This document shows positions 18,449-27,282 of a DNA stretch of 49,080 bases, in pieces (the first letter of the stretch is position 1; each line of letters begins with the position of its first letter). The notes beneath the pieces are model-generated. The model ran no database searches. It was not told the DNA's origin and worked only from the letters and a program-made list of their open reading frames with translations. The stretch lies in assembly GCA_020428105.1 (NCBI GenBank), contig JAGQNK010000015.1, positions 1,209 to 50,288 of the forward strand, read 5' to 3'. The position numbers and the translations under genes were made by a program. Origin of the DNA: Candidatus Saccharimonadota bacterium. GTDB taxonomy: Bacteria > Patescibacteriota > Saccharimonadia > Saccharimonadales > JAGQNK01.

Positions 18449-18733
18449 TCCTTATTCCTTATCTATTAATTTATAGTAGTAGTCATATTAGGCCCTGTGG
18501 AAGCAGTGGAAAAATGTCTCACTAACAGAGACAGGTATAGGTTGAAATTAGTGGGTAAGTGCTGAGTAAATAAGTAGTACAACCTGTGTCCAAATTTGTT
18601 TTTTATAAACAGACCAACAAAAATAAAGCCAATGGTGGGTATAAGTAGCTGGGTTTGTCCATGCTCCAAGCACAGGATTAACACAACTTCTAAACAAGCT
18701 TTCCACATATATACGGTACTTAAAAAAGCTTCT
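18449..18733. other. oriC (dnaA-dnaN intergenic region) with unwinding element at 18461-18513
   Basis: Minus strand reads TTTTCCACT-GCTTCCACA-GGGC-CTA ATA TGA CTA CTA CTA-TAAATTAATAGAT: two DnaA boxes, a GC motif, DnaA-trios and an AT-rich tract. Another box CTTTCCACA at 18699-18707. Confidence 0.85.
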
Positions 18734-20104
18734 TTAGGCATAGAGACGCTCTTTTATTTCTATAATTGCTGCTTTTAGGTTTGGGTCAAAACCAGATTCT
18801 TTTTGGATTTTTTCAACTGAATGGATTGCGGTGGTGTGATCTTTTCTACCAAGCTCTCTGGCAATCTTCGGAAAACTTAGGTGTAGTTCCGACCGGAGCA
18901 TGTACATAGCCACTTGTCTGGGTACCACAATGTCTTTGTCGCGTTTTGGACCAAGGATATCTTCTAAAGGAACCTGAAAGTGCTTGGCTGTTCTTTCGAT
19001 AATCTGCTTTGCGCTTAGGTGTTTTGGGCGGGATTTAGCCGAGCCGAGTAAGCTGGTTGCGATATTGACATCGGGTTCTAAGCCTCGCATTTCGCAAAAG
19101 GCTAAAAGCTGGTTTAGGGCACCTTCTAGCTCACGGATGTTCGTCTGTATTAAATTGGCTAAGAATTCAACTACTGGCGGGGTTAGGGTGGTGGCATGCT
19201 CACTGGCTTTGGTCTGAACAATAGCACAGCGAGTTTCGAAGTCTGGTATTTGCATATCAATACTCATCCCCCAAGCAAAGCGGGATCTGAGTCTTTCCTC
19301 TAAAGTGGGGATGTCTTTTGGCGGCTTATCACTACTGATGATAATCTGTTTATTTGCTTGGTGTAGAGCGTTGAATGTATGAAAGAATTCTTCTTGGGTT
19401 TTGTCGCGACCAGCAATGAACTGCATATCGTCCACGATCAAAACATCAGCATTTCGGTAATAACCTTGGAAATCGGTGTTTTTCTTGAAACGCACAGCAT
19501 CGATGAATTCCTGGACGAACTGCTCGATCGACACATATACTACATGAGAGCCTGGCTTGTTGGTCAAGACCGCATTGCCGACGGCCTGAATGAGGTGAGT
19601 TTTGCCAATGCCAACTCCGCCATACACAAACAACGGATTGTATTTACTGCCTGGATTTTGGGCGATTGCTTGGCAGGCTGCGTAGGCTAGCTCGTTACCC
19701 GATCCAACAATAAAACTGTCGAAGGTATATTTAGCGTTTAATCCTTGGCGATAAGAGTGGGTTAGGGTGCTTGTATTGCTTTTGGGTGTAGTTTGTATCG
19801 ATGGTTTCTTTTCAGGATTTTTTAGTATGACAGGCTCGTCGAGCTTCTTGTGCTGAGAGATGCCGGAGTCTGTTTTGTACTCAATACGTATCGGTGAAAC
19901 ACCGTTTTTAGCCAATATATCTACGATTAACTGGTTGAATCGTTTTTCCATCTGCTGTTTGACAAAGACGTTTTGGACGCCAATTGTAATAACATCATCT
20001 TGGCGGCGCAAAAGACGAGTGTTTTTAAACCATGTAACGTAGTGTGCACGAGAAATGGTAAGCTCTATCTCCCCTAGAACCGCTTGCCACAAGCTATCTT
20101 GCAT
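18734..20104 (-). CDS. dnaA: Chromosomal replication initiator DnaA
   Basis: NPLFVYGGVGIGKTHL, LIVDDMQF, ERLRSRF, KDHTTAIHS. Start moved to ATG 20104 (MQDSLW), which follows a GGAGAGG SD. Confidence 0.98.
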   Translation of the reverse strand: MQDSLWQAVLGEIELTISRAHYVTWFKNTRLLRRQDDVITIGVQNVFVKQQMEKRFNQLIVDILAKNGVSPIRIEYKTDSGISQHKKLDEPVILKNPEKKPSIQTTPKSNTSTLTHSYRQGLNAKYTFDSFIVGSGNELAYAACQAIAQNPGSKYNPLFVYGGVGIGKTHLIQAVGNAVLTNKPGSHVVYVSIEQFVQEFIDAVRFKKNTDFQGYYRNADVLIVDDMQFIAGRDKTQEEFFHTFNALHQANKQIIISSDKPPKDIPTLEERLRSRFAWGMSIDMQIPDFETRCAIVQTKASEHATTLTPPVVEFLANLIQTNIRELEGALNQLLAFCEMRGLEPDVNIATSLLGSAKSRPKHLSAKQIIERTAKHFQVPLEDILGPKRDKDIVVPRQVAMYMLRSELHLSFPKIARELGRKDHTTAIHSVEKIQKESGFDPNLKAAIIEIKERLYA

Positions 20105-20161
20105 ACCTCTCCCAATACTCCCTAATTCATTATTGAAAATGACTATACTAAAATATATCAC

Positions 20162-20307
20162 TTTTCCACAACCTGTGCATGAAGTAATAAAAAACCACAA
20201 TAATTCGACAAACAGATAGGTATTTATACACAGAATGAACCCACCCCTGTAGATTCTGTGGAAAATACTTGAGAAAATGGGTATAACTTGCTAAGATTAG
20301 TGGGTAA
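20162..20307. promoter_or_regulatory. DnaA-box cluster upstream of dnaA
   Basis: Perfect TTWTNCACA matches at 20162-20170 (TTTTCCACA), 20224-20232 (TTATACACA) and 20257-20265 (reverse, TTTTCCACA). Near-matches at 20174-20182 and within 20296-20307. Confidence 0.8.
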
Positions 20308-20416
20308 ATATTGTCAAAATCACTAGGTTTGATGATCCGGAAGATATGTGTTTGTATGTTCAATATTGACATACGACTACTCATCCGCTCATTAGATGTG
20401 GTAAAGTGGAGAGATT

Positions 20417-20554
20417 ATGCCAAAACGAACGCACCAACCAAAGACTCGTAAAAGAGCACGTCAACACGGTTTCATGAAACGCATGGCCAGCAAAGCAGGG
20501 CAGGCTGTTATGAAGCGCCGTCGTTTAAAAGGTCGCAAAAAGATAGCAGCGTAA
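20417..20554 (+). CDS. rpmH: 50S ribosomal protein L34 (missing from the ORF track)
   Basis: Manual translation: [45 protein letters not shown] (45 aa); divergent from dnaA. Confidence 0.97.
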   Translation: MPKRTHQPKTRKRARQHGFMKRMASKAGQAVMKRRRLKGRKKIAA

Positions 20555-20617
20555 AAACATACGAAGCTATCATTATTGCGACAAGTCAAATATTTGCAAG
20601 AGCAGGGGGCTGCAAGA

Positions 20618-20965
20618 ATGATCGCAAGGAAACACCGGTTCCACGGGCATGGTAGTCTGCGATATGTGTATAGAAACGGACATACAGTTCGTACAGCAAC
20701 GACTTCTTTGCGCTATATCGTTAACCAGCGTCGCTCCACCTACCGTCTAGCGGTAGTAGTTAGTAAAAAAGTTAGCAAATCAGCAGTTGTTAGGAACCGT
20801 ATCAGGCGCCGAGTGTACGAGATTGTCAGGACTAACCAGACTAAAATTCAAGAACCTTACGACATGGTTTTTACTGTTTTTAGCGAACAAATTGCAAATA
20901 TGCCTGCTGAGGAGCTACGGACGATAATTATCAATCAGCTACAACGAGCTACCATTATCAAATAG
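20618..20965 (+). CDS. rnpA: Ribonuclease P protein component
   Basis: RLAVVVSKKVSKSAVVRNRIRRR (RNR motif); after rpmH; start set at MIARKHRF. Confidence 0.93.
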   Translation: MIARKHRFHGHGSLRYVYRNGHTVRTATTSLRYIVNQRRSTYRLAVVVSKKVSKSAVVRNRIRRRVYEIVRTNQTKIQEPYDMVFTVFSEQIANMPAEELRTIIINQLQRATIIK

Positions 20966-21052
20966 AAATAGTGTTCGCTTTTTGTACGTATTTGTTCATA
21001 AGCCCTGCTCGTCTGTTATCATAGATAAGATATTCTTTGAATAGGAGAAGAA

Positions 21053-22012
21053 ATGTTCAACACCCTGATAGTTCAGCCAATATTTAACTTGCTTGTATTT
21101 ATTTACGCATTGCTCCCTGGCCATAACTTTGGGCTTGCTTTGATACTATTTACTATTCTCGTACGTTTTATGATGTGGCCATTGGTCAAGAAGCAGCTAC
21201 ACCATGCTAAAGCAATTCGTAAGCTACAACCAGAACTCAAACGCATCAAAAAGGAAGCAAAGGGCGATCGACAAAAAGAATCGGTCATGGTAATGGAGCT
21301 CTACAAAGAACGTGAGGTGAGCCCATTCGGCTCCATAGGTGTACTTGTCGTTCAGTTGATTATTCTAATCGGCCTATATTCTGGGCTTAGGAAAGTCATC
21401 GAGAACCCACAGGCAATTATCGATTATTCATATTCATTCCTTCGTGATACAAGTTGGCTGCGCTCCCTTTCGGAAAACATTAGTCAATTTGATGCAACCC
21501 TGCTTGGGTTTGTTGACCTAAAAAGAGCAGCAGTTGGCGAGGGAGGAATATATTGGCCGGCTATGGTTTTGGTAGCAGGTAGTGCCATTACCCAGTATTA
21601 CCAGAGTGCGCAACTGATGCCGAACGATAAAGATTCACGTTCACTTAAACAGATATTGAAAGAAGCTGGTGATGGCAAACAAGCCGATCAATCAGAGGTT
21701 AACGCAGCGGTAACTCGTAGCACTAAATATTTCATACCAGCCATGATTTTTGTGTTTACTATCAACCTGCCGTCGGCACTTGGTTTGTACTGGTTTGTGA
21801 GTGGTTTGGTGGCGTATCTACAGCAAGCAAAAATTCTTAGACAAGACGAGGATGAACTAGAGATTGTTGCCAGCAAACCGTTGCCAAAAAAGGCTGGCAA
21901 ACATCAGCCAAGTAAGATCACCATCGAGGGCGAAGTTGTATCGAATACCCCCAAAACTAAAACTACCAAAAAAACCTCCAACAAAAAACCAGCTAACAAA
22001 AGGAGGAAGTGA
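21053..22012 (+). CDS. yidC: Membrane protein insertase YidC (short, monoderm type)
   Basis: IILFTILVR-like segment, LQPELKRIKK, ELYKE...SPFG, LPSALGLYW; no large periplasmic P1 domain; AGGAG SD. Confidence 0.93.
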   Translation: MFNTLIVQPIFNLLVFIYALLPGHNFGLALILFTILVRFMMWPLVKKQLHHAKAIRKLQPELKRIKKEAKGDRQKESVMVMELYKEREVSPFGSIGVLVVQLIILIGLYSGLRKVIENPQAIIDYSYSFLRDTSWLRSLSENISQFDATLLGFVDLKRAAVGEGGIYWPAMVLVAGSAITQYYQSAQLMPNDKDSRSLKQILKEAGDGKQADQSEVNAAVTRSTKYFIPAMIFVFTINLPSALGLYWFVSGLVAYLQQAKILRQDEDELEIVASKPLPKKAGKHQPSKITIEGEVVSNTPKTKTTKKTSNKKPANKRRK

Positions 22013-22491
22013 TGAATACTAGCTCAGAAAAAGGTATCGAAGAAGCAATACAATATGCCAAGAAGTACCTAGAAGATTTGTTGTCATTCTTTGGACTAAA
22101 TACTGATATTTACGCTACTACAGAGGATAACGAGGTAATTGAACTGAGTGTTCCAAGTACTCATCTGAACGGCTTTTTGATAGGCCAACGAGGTGAAACT
22201 ATGCGTGCTCTACAGTTTGTGGTTAGTAATGCGTTAAAAAATCAAGGTTTTGAAACAACCAGAGTGAACGTCGACGTGGCGGATTACAAGAAACAGCGTG
22301 CTGATCGCTTGGCGCAACAAGTTGAAGAATGGGTTGAGATAGTCAAAGAGTCTGGCGAGCTGAAACACCTAAAGCCTATGAACGCGGCGGATAGACGTGT
22401 CGTTCATAAAGTAGCATCGGATAGCGGACTGTTGACCGAGTCCGAAGGCGAGGGTCGGGATCGTCATGTTGTGCTAAAGCCGGCAGTTTAG
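22012..22491 (+). CDS. jag: Jag/KhpB(EloR)-like RNA-binding protein (KH plus R3H, no N-terminal Jag domain)
   Basis: LIGQRGETMRALQ (KH), PMNAADRRVVH (R3H), SEGEGRDRHVV; AGGAGG SD at 22001-22006. Confidence 0.88.
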   Translation: MNTSSEKGIEEAIQYAKKYLEDLLSFFGLNTDIYATTEDNEVIELSVPSTHLNGFLIGQRGETMRALQFVVSNALKNQGFETTRVNVDVADYKKQRADRLAQQVEEWVEIVKESGELKHLKPMNAADRRVVHKVASDSGLLTESEGEGRDRHVVLKPAV

Positions 22492-23588
22492 TCACCCAAA
22501 ACTTGTTTGTAAACCGCCAGTGTTTGCTCGGCCATCCGTCGCCAAGAGAATTTCTTTAGTCGTTTATGCCCTTTTATTACTAAGTCTTTCTGAAGATCTT
22601 TGTTCGTAATCACCTCATCTACCTTGGTTGCAATGTCTTTGATATTTTCAGGGTCAAAGTAGCTTGCGGCGTCTCCGTAGACTTCTGGTAAGCACGTAGC
22701 GTTACTACTAACTAATGGGCAATCATGTGCCATGGCCTCCAGTCCAGGTAAGCCGAATCCTTCGCTCAAAGAAGGTAAAACATAGGCCTCGGCGTTTTGA
22801 TACAACCACTTTAATTCTTCGTCAGCCACAAAACCGGTAAATACGATACTGTCGGCAAACTTCTTGTCTTTTGTGTATTGTTCAAGTTTTTCGAAATACT
22901 GCTCTTTCTTCCCTGCTAAAACAAGCTGAAGATTCGGATGGTTTATTTTCAGTAACTCAAAGGCCTCGACTAGACGCTCAATATTTTTGTGCGGGAAGGG
23001 GCTTCCAACATGCAGGATAAATGGTCTACTGACTCCTTGAGGTTGGTGGGCTGGTACCGAAATCGGTGGCTCGCTGGCGCAATAAGTGACGGTAATACGG
23101 TCTTTGGCAAATGGATAATGTTTTGTTACGTCAGATTTAACATATTTGGAAATTGTTATTATGGCTTTAGACTTCCTGAGGCTATACCAAAACAAGAAGC
23201 GATAAGCAATCATCCGAATAGAATGATAAAGTGTGGAGTGCCTACCTGCTCTAGTAAAACGCAACATAGTCATATCCATGGTCGCTGTAACGACCGGCTT
23301 TAAGTACAAAAGTGGTTGCTGGTTCATTGGAAAATTCACCAAATCAGCCTTTAGGTTGTATAGCTGCCATGCAAACCCGATTTGGTGCAATGGATTGAAG
23401 GAGAATTGTGGATATGATGAATTCACCCTTGTAAAGTTTTCGGCTATGGGCTGCCAAGGATCATCTGGCTGAATCAGAATAGAGTATTTATTGACGTTGT
23501 CCACTGACTGTAGGTGCTCAACCAACCTATCAACATAGCGACCGGTACTGCTGCGACGAATTCGCGCATCAATAACTATATGGCTCAT
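22488..23588 (-). CDS. GT4-family glycosyltransferase
   Basis: HKNIERL, PSLSEGFGLPGLEAM, SNATCLPEV. Confidence 0.9.
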   Translation of the reverse strand: MSHIVIDARIRRSSTGRYVDRLVEHLQSVDNVNKYSILIQPDDPWQPIAENFTRVNSSYPQFSFNPLHQIGFAWQLYNLKADLVNFPMNQQPLLYLKPVVTATMDMTMLRFTRAGRHSTLYHSIRMIAYRFLFWYSLRKSKAIITISKYVKSDVTKHYPFAKDRITVTYCASEPPISVPAHQPQGVSRPFILHVGSPFPHKNIERLVEAFELLKINHPNLQLVLAGKKEQYFEKLEQYTKDKKFADSIVFTGFVADEELKWLYQNAEAYVLPSLSEGFGLPGLEAMAHDCPLVSSNATCLPEVYGDAASYFDPENIKDIATKVDEVITNKDLQKDLVIKGHKRLKKFSWRRMAEQTLAVYKQVLGD

Positions 23589-23601
23589 AGGTTACAATTA
23601 T

Positions 23602-24927
23602 ATGGTGCAAACGATAAAACAGCTACCCCGATGGGGTGTTTATGCCCTTCTGATATATATGCCTTTCCACGTGTTTTTGTCACAATGGATTGGTACGTCT
23701 ATGGGCGGACTATCTTTTTGGAAGGTTGCGAAAGATTTAGCGACCATTGTGTTGCTTGCTCTTACGGCTATTCTGGTTTTGTGGAAAGTGCCGCACAAAA
23801 CTTGGCGACCATATGCTTCCCTACTTGTTTTAGCTGGGGTATATGCAGCGCTACACATCATCCTGTACATCATCAACAAGAACACCACACTAGACATAGC
23901 CTTGCTGGCCAGTGGTTACAATAATCGTTTCATTTGGATATTGTTGATCGGGATTGGTTCTGGGTTGTTGTTGAACACCAGACCAAAACAGCAAACTATT
24001 GTTAGGCTTGTGCTTATAGTCAGTACCATAGTTTGCTTGATTGGTATTCTGCAATGGTTTTTGCCAAGTGATGTTCTGACTCATTTTGGCTACGCAAAAG
24101 AGCTTGGCGTAAAACCAAACTTTTTTATCAACGAAAACCCCAATTTCCCAAGAATTTTTGCGACTTTTCGAGACCCTAATTCGTTTGCAGCATATTTGAT
24201 TATCCCTTCATTGCTACTAATGGAGCTGATTCGTACAAACAAACGGCGAAAATTGTCTATTGCTTTGCTCGTCTTGCACTTGGTCGTGGTGTATCTTTCT
24301 TTCTCCCGGGCTGCTTGGCTGGGTTTGTTGCTAGGTGTTTCTGTTCTGCTATTTGTCCATCATAGACACTACATCCAGGCGATATCAAGGCGGTACTGGC
24401 CTTTATTACTCTCGGGTGCTCTAGTAATGATTTTTATCACATATGCCGTCCGGAATACATCTACGTTTCGCAGTATAGTGCTTAAAGCCGACGATACGAA
24501 CGCTTCAACAGAAATGGATTCTGACGAATACCATGTGTTTTTCATCAAAGAGGGCCTAAGAGATGTATCACGGCGCCCTACTGGCTATGGTCCAGGAACT
24601 GCCGGTATAGTTTCGATTCATAATGGTGCGCAAGGTCAGTTGACCGAAAACTACTATGTTCAGATCGCACACGAAGTCGGCATATTAGGTCTAGCTGTGT
24701 TCATAGCAATATGGGCTTTGGTTTGTAAGCTGCTTTATAGCCAAGAGCAATCGTCGCTCAGGACGGTTTTGCTGGTCTCTGCTGTTGTATATGCAGTAAT
24801 GGCAATGGTGATGCATTTGTGGACGAATGAAGCGATAGCCTTTGGTTGGTGGGGCTTAGCTGGTCTAGTGATATTCACGGGTAATAGTCACAACAAAACG
24901 TCAAAGAAACGGATGATATACTCTTAG
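23602..24927 (+). CDS. O-antigen ligase / O-oligosaccharyltransferase-like (Wzy_C) membrane protein
   Basis: About 12 TMs; RIFATFRDPNSFAAY, SFSRAAW, GYGPG, ENYYVQIAHEVGILG. Confidence 0.8.
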   Translation: MVQTIKQLPRWGVYALLIYMPFHVFLSQWIGTSMGGLSFWKVAKDLATIVLLALTAILVLWKVPHKTWRPYASLLVLAGVYAALHIILYIINKNTTLDIALLASGYNNRFIWILLIGIGSGLLLNTRPKQQTIVRLVLIVSTIVCLIGILQWFLPSDVLTHFGYAKELGVKPNFFINENPNFPRIFATFRDPNSFAAYLIIPSLLLMELIRTNKRRKLSIALLVLHLVVVYLSFSRAAWLGLLLGVSVLLFVHHRHYIQAISRRYWPLLLSGALVMIFITYAVRNTSTFRSIVLKADDTNASTEMDSDEYHVFFIKEGLRDVSRRPTGYGPGTAGIVSIHNGAQGQLTENYYVQIAHEVGILGLAVFIAIWALVCKLLYSQEQSSLRTVLLVSAVVYAVMAMVMHLWTNEAIAFGWWGLAGLVIFTGNSHNKTSKKRMIYS

Positions 24928-24945
24928 TAACCAAAAGGAGGTGAA

Positions 24946-25197
24946 ATGTTATCTGGTGGAAAATTTGAACAGGTAGAGATACCTATATTGCCTGGGTCAA
25001 TTAACTCAATTATGGCCATGAATCCAGAAATGACTTCAGCTGACGCGACAAAACTATTAAGTGAGCAGCTTGGGCGATACCAAGCTGCTGCGTCTGCAAT
25101 GCTTGGAGTAACGCAATCAGAACTGCATGAAATGAAATCTGAAGAGATCAGACACAAGTTAGATATAGGTAATGTAGGAGAGACGGAACGAGTATGA
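24946..25197 (+). CDS. Small hypothetical protein (83 aa) coupled to gmd
   Basis: Strong SD AAGGAGGTGA; ATGA overlap with gmd. Confidence 0.65.
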   Translation: MLSGGKFEQVEIPILPGSINSIMAMNPEMTSADATKLLSEQLGRYQAAASAMLGVTQSELHEMKSEEIRHKLDIGNVGETERV

Positions 25198-26240
25198 AAA
25201 AAGCGTTAATAACGGGTGTTGCTGGCCAAGACGGCGGACATCTAGCAAAATTGCTACACGAAAAAGGTTATGAAGTACATGGTGTGATTCGTGGACAGAT
25301 GGAGGCTAGTCATCCTAGATATAAGACGCTAAAACAAGAGATGCCCTTTGTAAATTTGGTCATGGCTGATCTGCTAGACCTAGCTGCTTTAACTCGTGCT
25401 TTGCAAGAAATACAACCAGATGAAGTTTACAACCTGGCTGCCATTAGTCATGTTGGATATTCTTTCCGTGACCCTATTTTGACCGCTGATGTGACTGGTA
25501 AGGGTGTGCTTAATGTTCTTGAGGCAATAAGACTAGCCGGACTAGAAAAAACTACCAGATTTTACCAGGCATCAACGTCAGAGATGTTTGGAGGTCTCGA
25601 CTACAACAGACCAGATACCGGATATACCGAAGAAGCATCTTTTCACCCACGCAGTCCATATGGCGTAGCAAAGCTGTACGGTCATTGGATTACTTGTAAC
25701 TACCGTGAGAGCTATGGCATGCATGCAAGCTGTGGCATACTCTTCAACCACGAAGGGGAACGCCGTGGGCCAGAGTTCGTCACTCGTAAAATTAGTAAAG
25801 CCGTCGCGCGAATCAAATTAGGGCTACAGGAAGACCTAGAGCTTGGAAACCTAGACGCAAAACGTGACTGGGGTTACGCCGGGGATTATGTTGAAGGTAT
25901 GTGGCGAATGTTGCAGCAAGAACAGCCGGCAGACTACGTTTTGGCCACTGGCGAGACTCATTCGATTCGTGAGTTTTGTGAACTTGCTTTTAAGGAAGCA
26001 GGAATTAATATAAATTGGCAGGGTAACGGTGTGGATGAGACTGGTGTAGACGCTACAACCGGCAAGGTACTGATTAAAATTAATCCAGACTTCTTTAGAC
26101 CAGCAGAAGTGGACTTGCTACTAGGTAACCCCGCAAAGGCCGAGAAGACACTTGGGTGGAAGCGAGCAATTGACTTCCCTGGTTTAGTTAAGCTGATGGT
26201 GCAACACGATCTTGGACTAGAAGAAGCGAAACTAGGCTAG
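25194..26240 (+). CDS. gmd: GDP-mannose 4,6-dehydratase
   Basis: ALITGVAGQDG, YNLAAISHV, FYQASTSE, PRSPYGVAK, GILFNHE, RDWGYAGDYV. Confidence 0.96.
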   Translation: MKKALITGVAGQDGGHLAKLLHEKGYEVHGVIRGQMEASHPRYKTLKQEMPFVNLVMADLLDLAALTRALQEIQPDEVYNLAAISHVGYSFRDPILTADVTGKGVLNVLEAIRLAGLEKTTRFYQASTSEMFGGLDYNRPDTGYTEEASFHPRSPYGVAKLYGHWITCNYRESYGMHASCGILFNHEGERRGPEFVTRKISKAVARIKLGLQEDLELGNLDAKRDWGYAGDYVEGMWRMLQQEQPADYVLATGETHSIREFCELAFKEAGININWQGNGVDETGVDATTGKVLIKINPDFFRPAEVDLLLGNPAKAEKTLGWKRAIDFPGLVKLMVQHDLGLEEAKLG

Positions 26241-26272
26241 GCTTTGCCGACTTATACTAAGAGCCGGAGCCT

Positions 26273-27202
26273 TTATTGGTTGTAGCGAACAAAGTCGTTT
26301 ATCGTTTGACTGAGTGAGATAACTGGCTCCCAACCGGTGTCTTCTCGTAGTCTATCGCTACTGCCATATAAATCCGCGGGATCATTTGGTCGAATTAATG
26401 ATTGGTCAGTTGTTGTTTTGATGTCGATCAGACCCATTGATTTTGTCATCAAGTCTAATATATCTTGCCCAGAATGGCTTTTTCCACTGCATATATTGTA
26501 TGTGTCATGCTCTAGAGTTTCTGCAACAGCTAGGTCAGTGTAGCCACGCACAATATCACGTACATCCGTGTAGTCCCGTTTGGTTGAGAGATTGCCAACT
26601 AACACCGGCAAACCAGACGATTGGTATTGTACTAGCTTATTGAATAAGTCCGGTATCAAGAAGCCCGGAGCTTGTCCCGGGCCGGTGTGATTAAACGGTC
26701 TGACAATAATACAATCGAGCCCCTGTAGCCTTAGATCACGAGCTGCTTCTTCCATAGAGACTTTACTCAGTGCATAAGGAGACCCGGTCCGGATAATCCT
26801 AGACTCTTCGTTAAGTGGCATTGGCTGGTCTGGGTCATAAACTGCACCAGTGCTTATCGCTAACAGTCTAGCCTTTGAATTAACTGATAACAACCGTCTT
26901 CCTAGTATAGTAAGAACTTCGACATTGACCTTTTTGTAAAGTTCTTCTGCATTAAAGGATGCACCAACGTTTGCTAGACCCGCTAGGTTAATGATTGCAT
27001 CAATGTTGTCCAAGTCCAATTTTTCAACCTGACTTTCGTCTATGAGATCACAGGCTGTATAGACATCGGCCAGTTCGCTAACCGCGCTGGTTGGCGATTT
27101 TTCTCTTCCAATACCAATGACCCTATGGCCGCGTGACTTAAGATCGCGAACTAAGTTTATTCCAACAAAACCATTAACACCTGTAACAACAATATCCAGC
27201 AT
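26273..27202 (-). CDS. rmd: GDP-4-keto-6-deoxy-D-mannose reductase (Rmd-like; GDP-D-rhamnose synthesis)
   Basis: Extended SDR with GVNGFVG, SPYALSK, RPFNHTGPGQ and VGNLSTKRDYTDVRD. The RPFNH-GPGQ motif is typical of Rmd; adjacent to gmd. Confidence 0.75.
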   Translation of the reverse strand: MLDIVVTGVNGFVGINLVRDLKSRGHRVIGIGREKSPTSAVSELADVYTACDLIDESQVEKLDLDNIDAIINLAGLANVGASFNAEELYKKVNVEVLTILGRRLLSVNSKARLLAISTGAVYDPDQPMPLNEESRIIRTGSPYALSKVSMEEAARDLRLQGLDCIIVRPFNHTGPGQAPGFLIPDLFNKLVQYQSSGLPVLVGNLSTKRDYTDVRDIVRGYTDLAVAETLEHDTYNICSGKSHSGQDILDLMTKSMGLIDIKTTTDQSLIRPNDPADLYGSSDRLREDTGWEPVISLSQTINDFVRYNQ

Positions 27203-27282
27203 ACTTATAAGGTTACAGTAAATTTACATAAAATCGAAACTGTCTTGTAGCACAGGGGTAAAACGGGTAAAATAGTATAGAC

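Noticed and set aside
18466-18778. ORFs of 91 aa and 60 aa in the dnaA-dnaN spacer
   Set aside because: They overlap oriC elements and show no recognisable motifs; likely spurious.
20105-20200. N-terminal extensions from the ORF track (dnaA 20200; also rnpA 20576, wzt 28031, FkbM 29167, 36259)
   Set aside because: Downstream ATGs give family-typical N-termini, an SD or stop-start coupling; the extensions overlap DnaA boxes or neighbouring genes.
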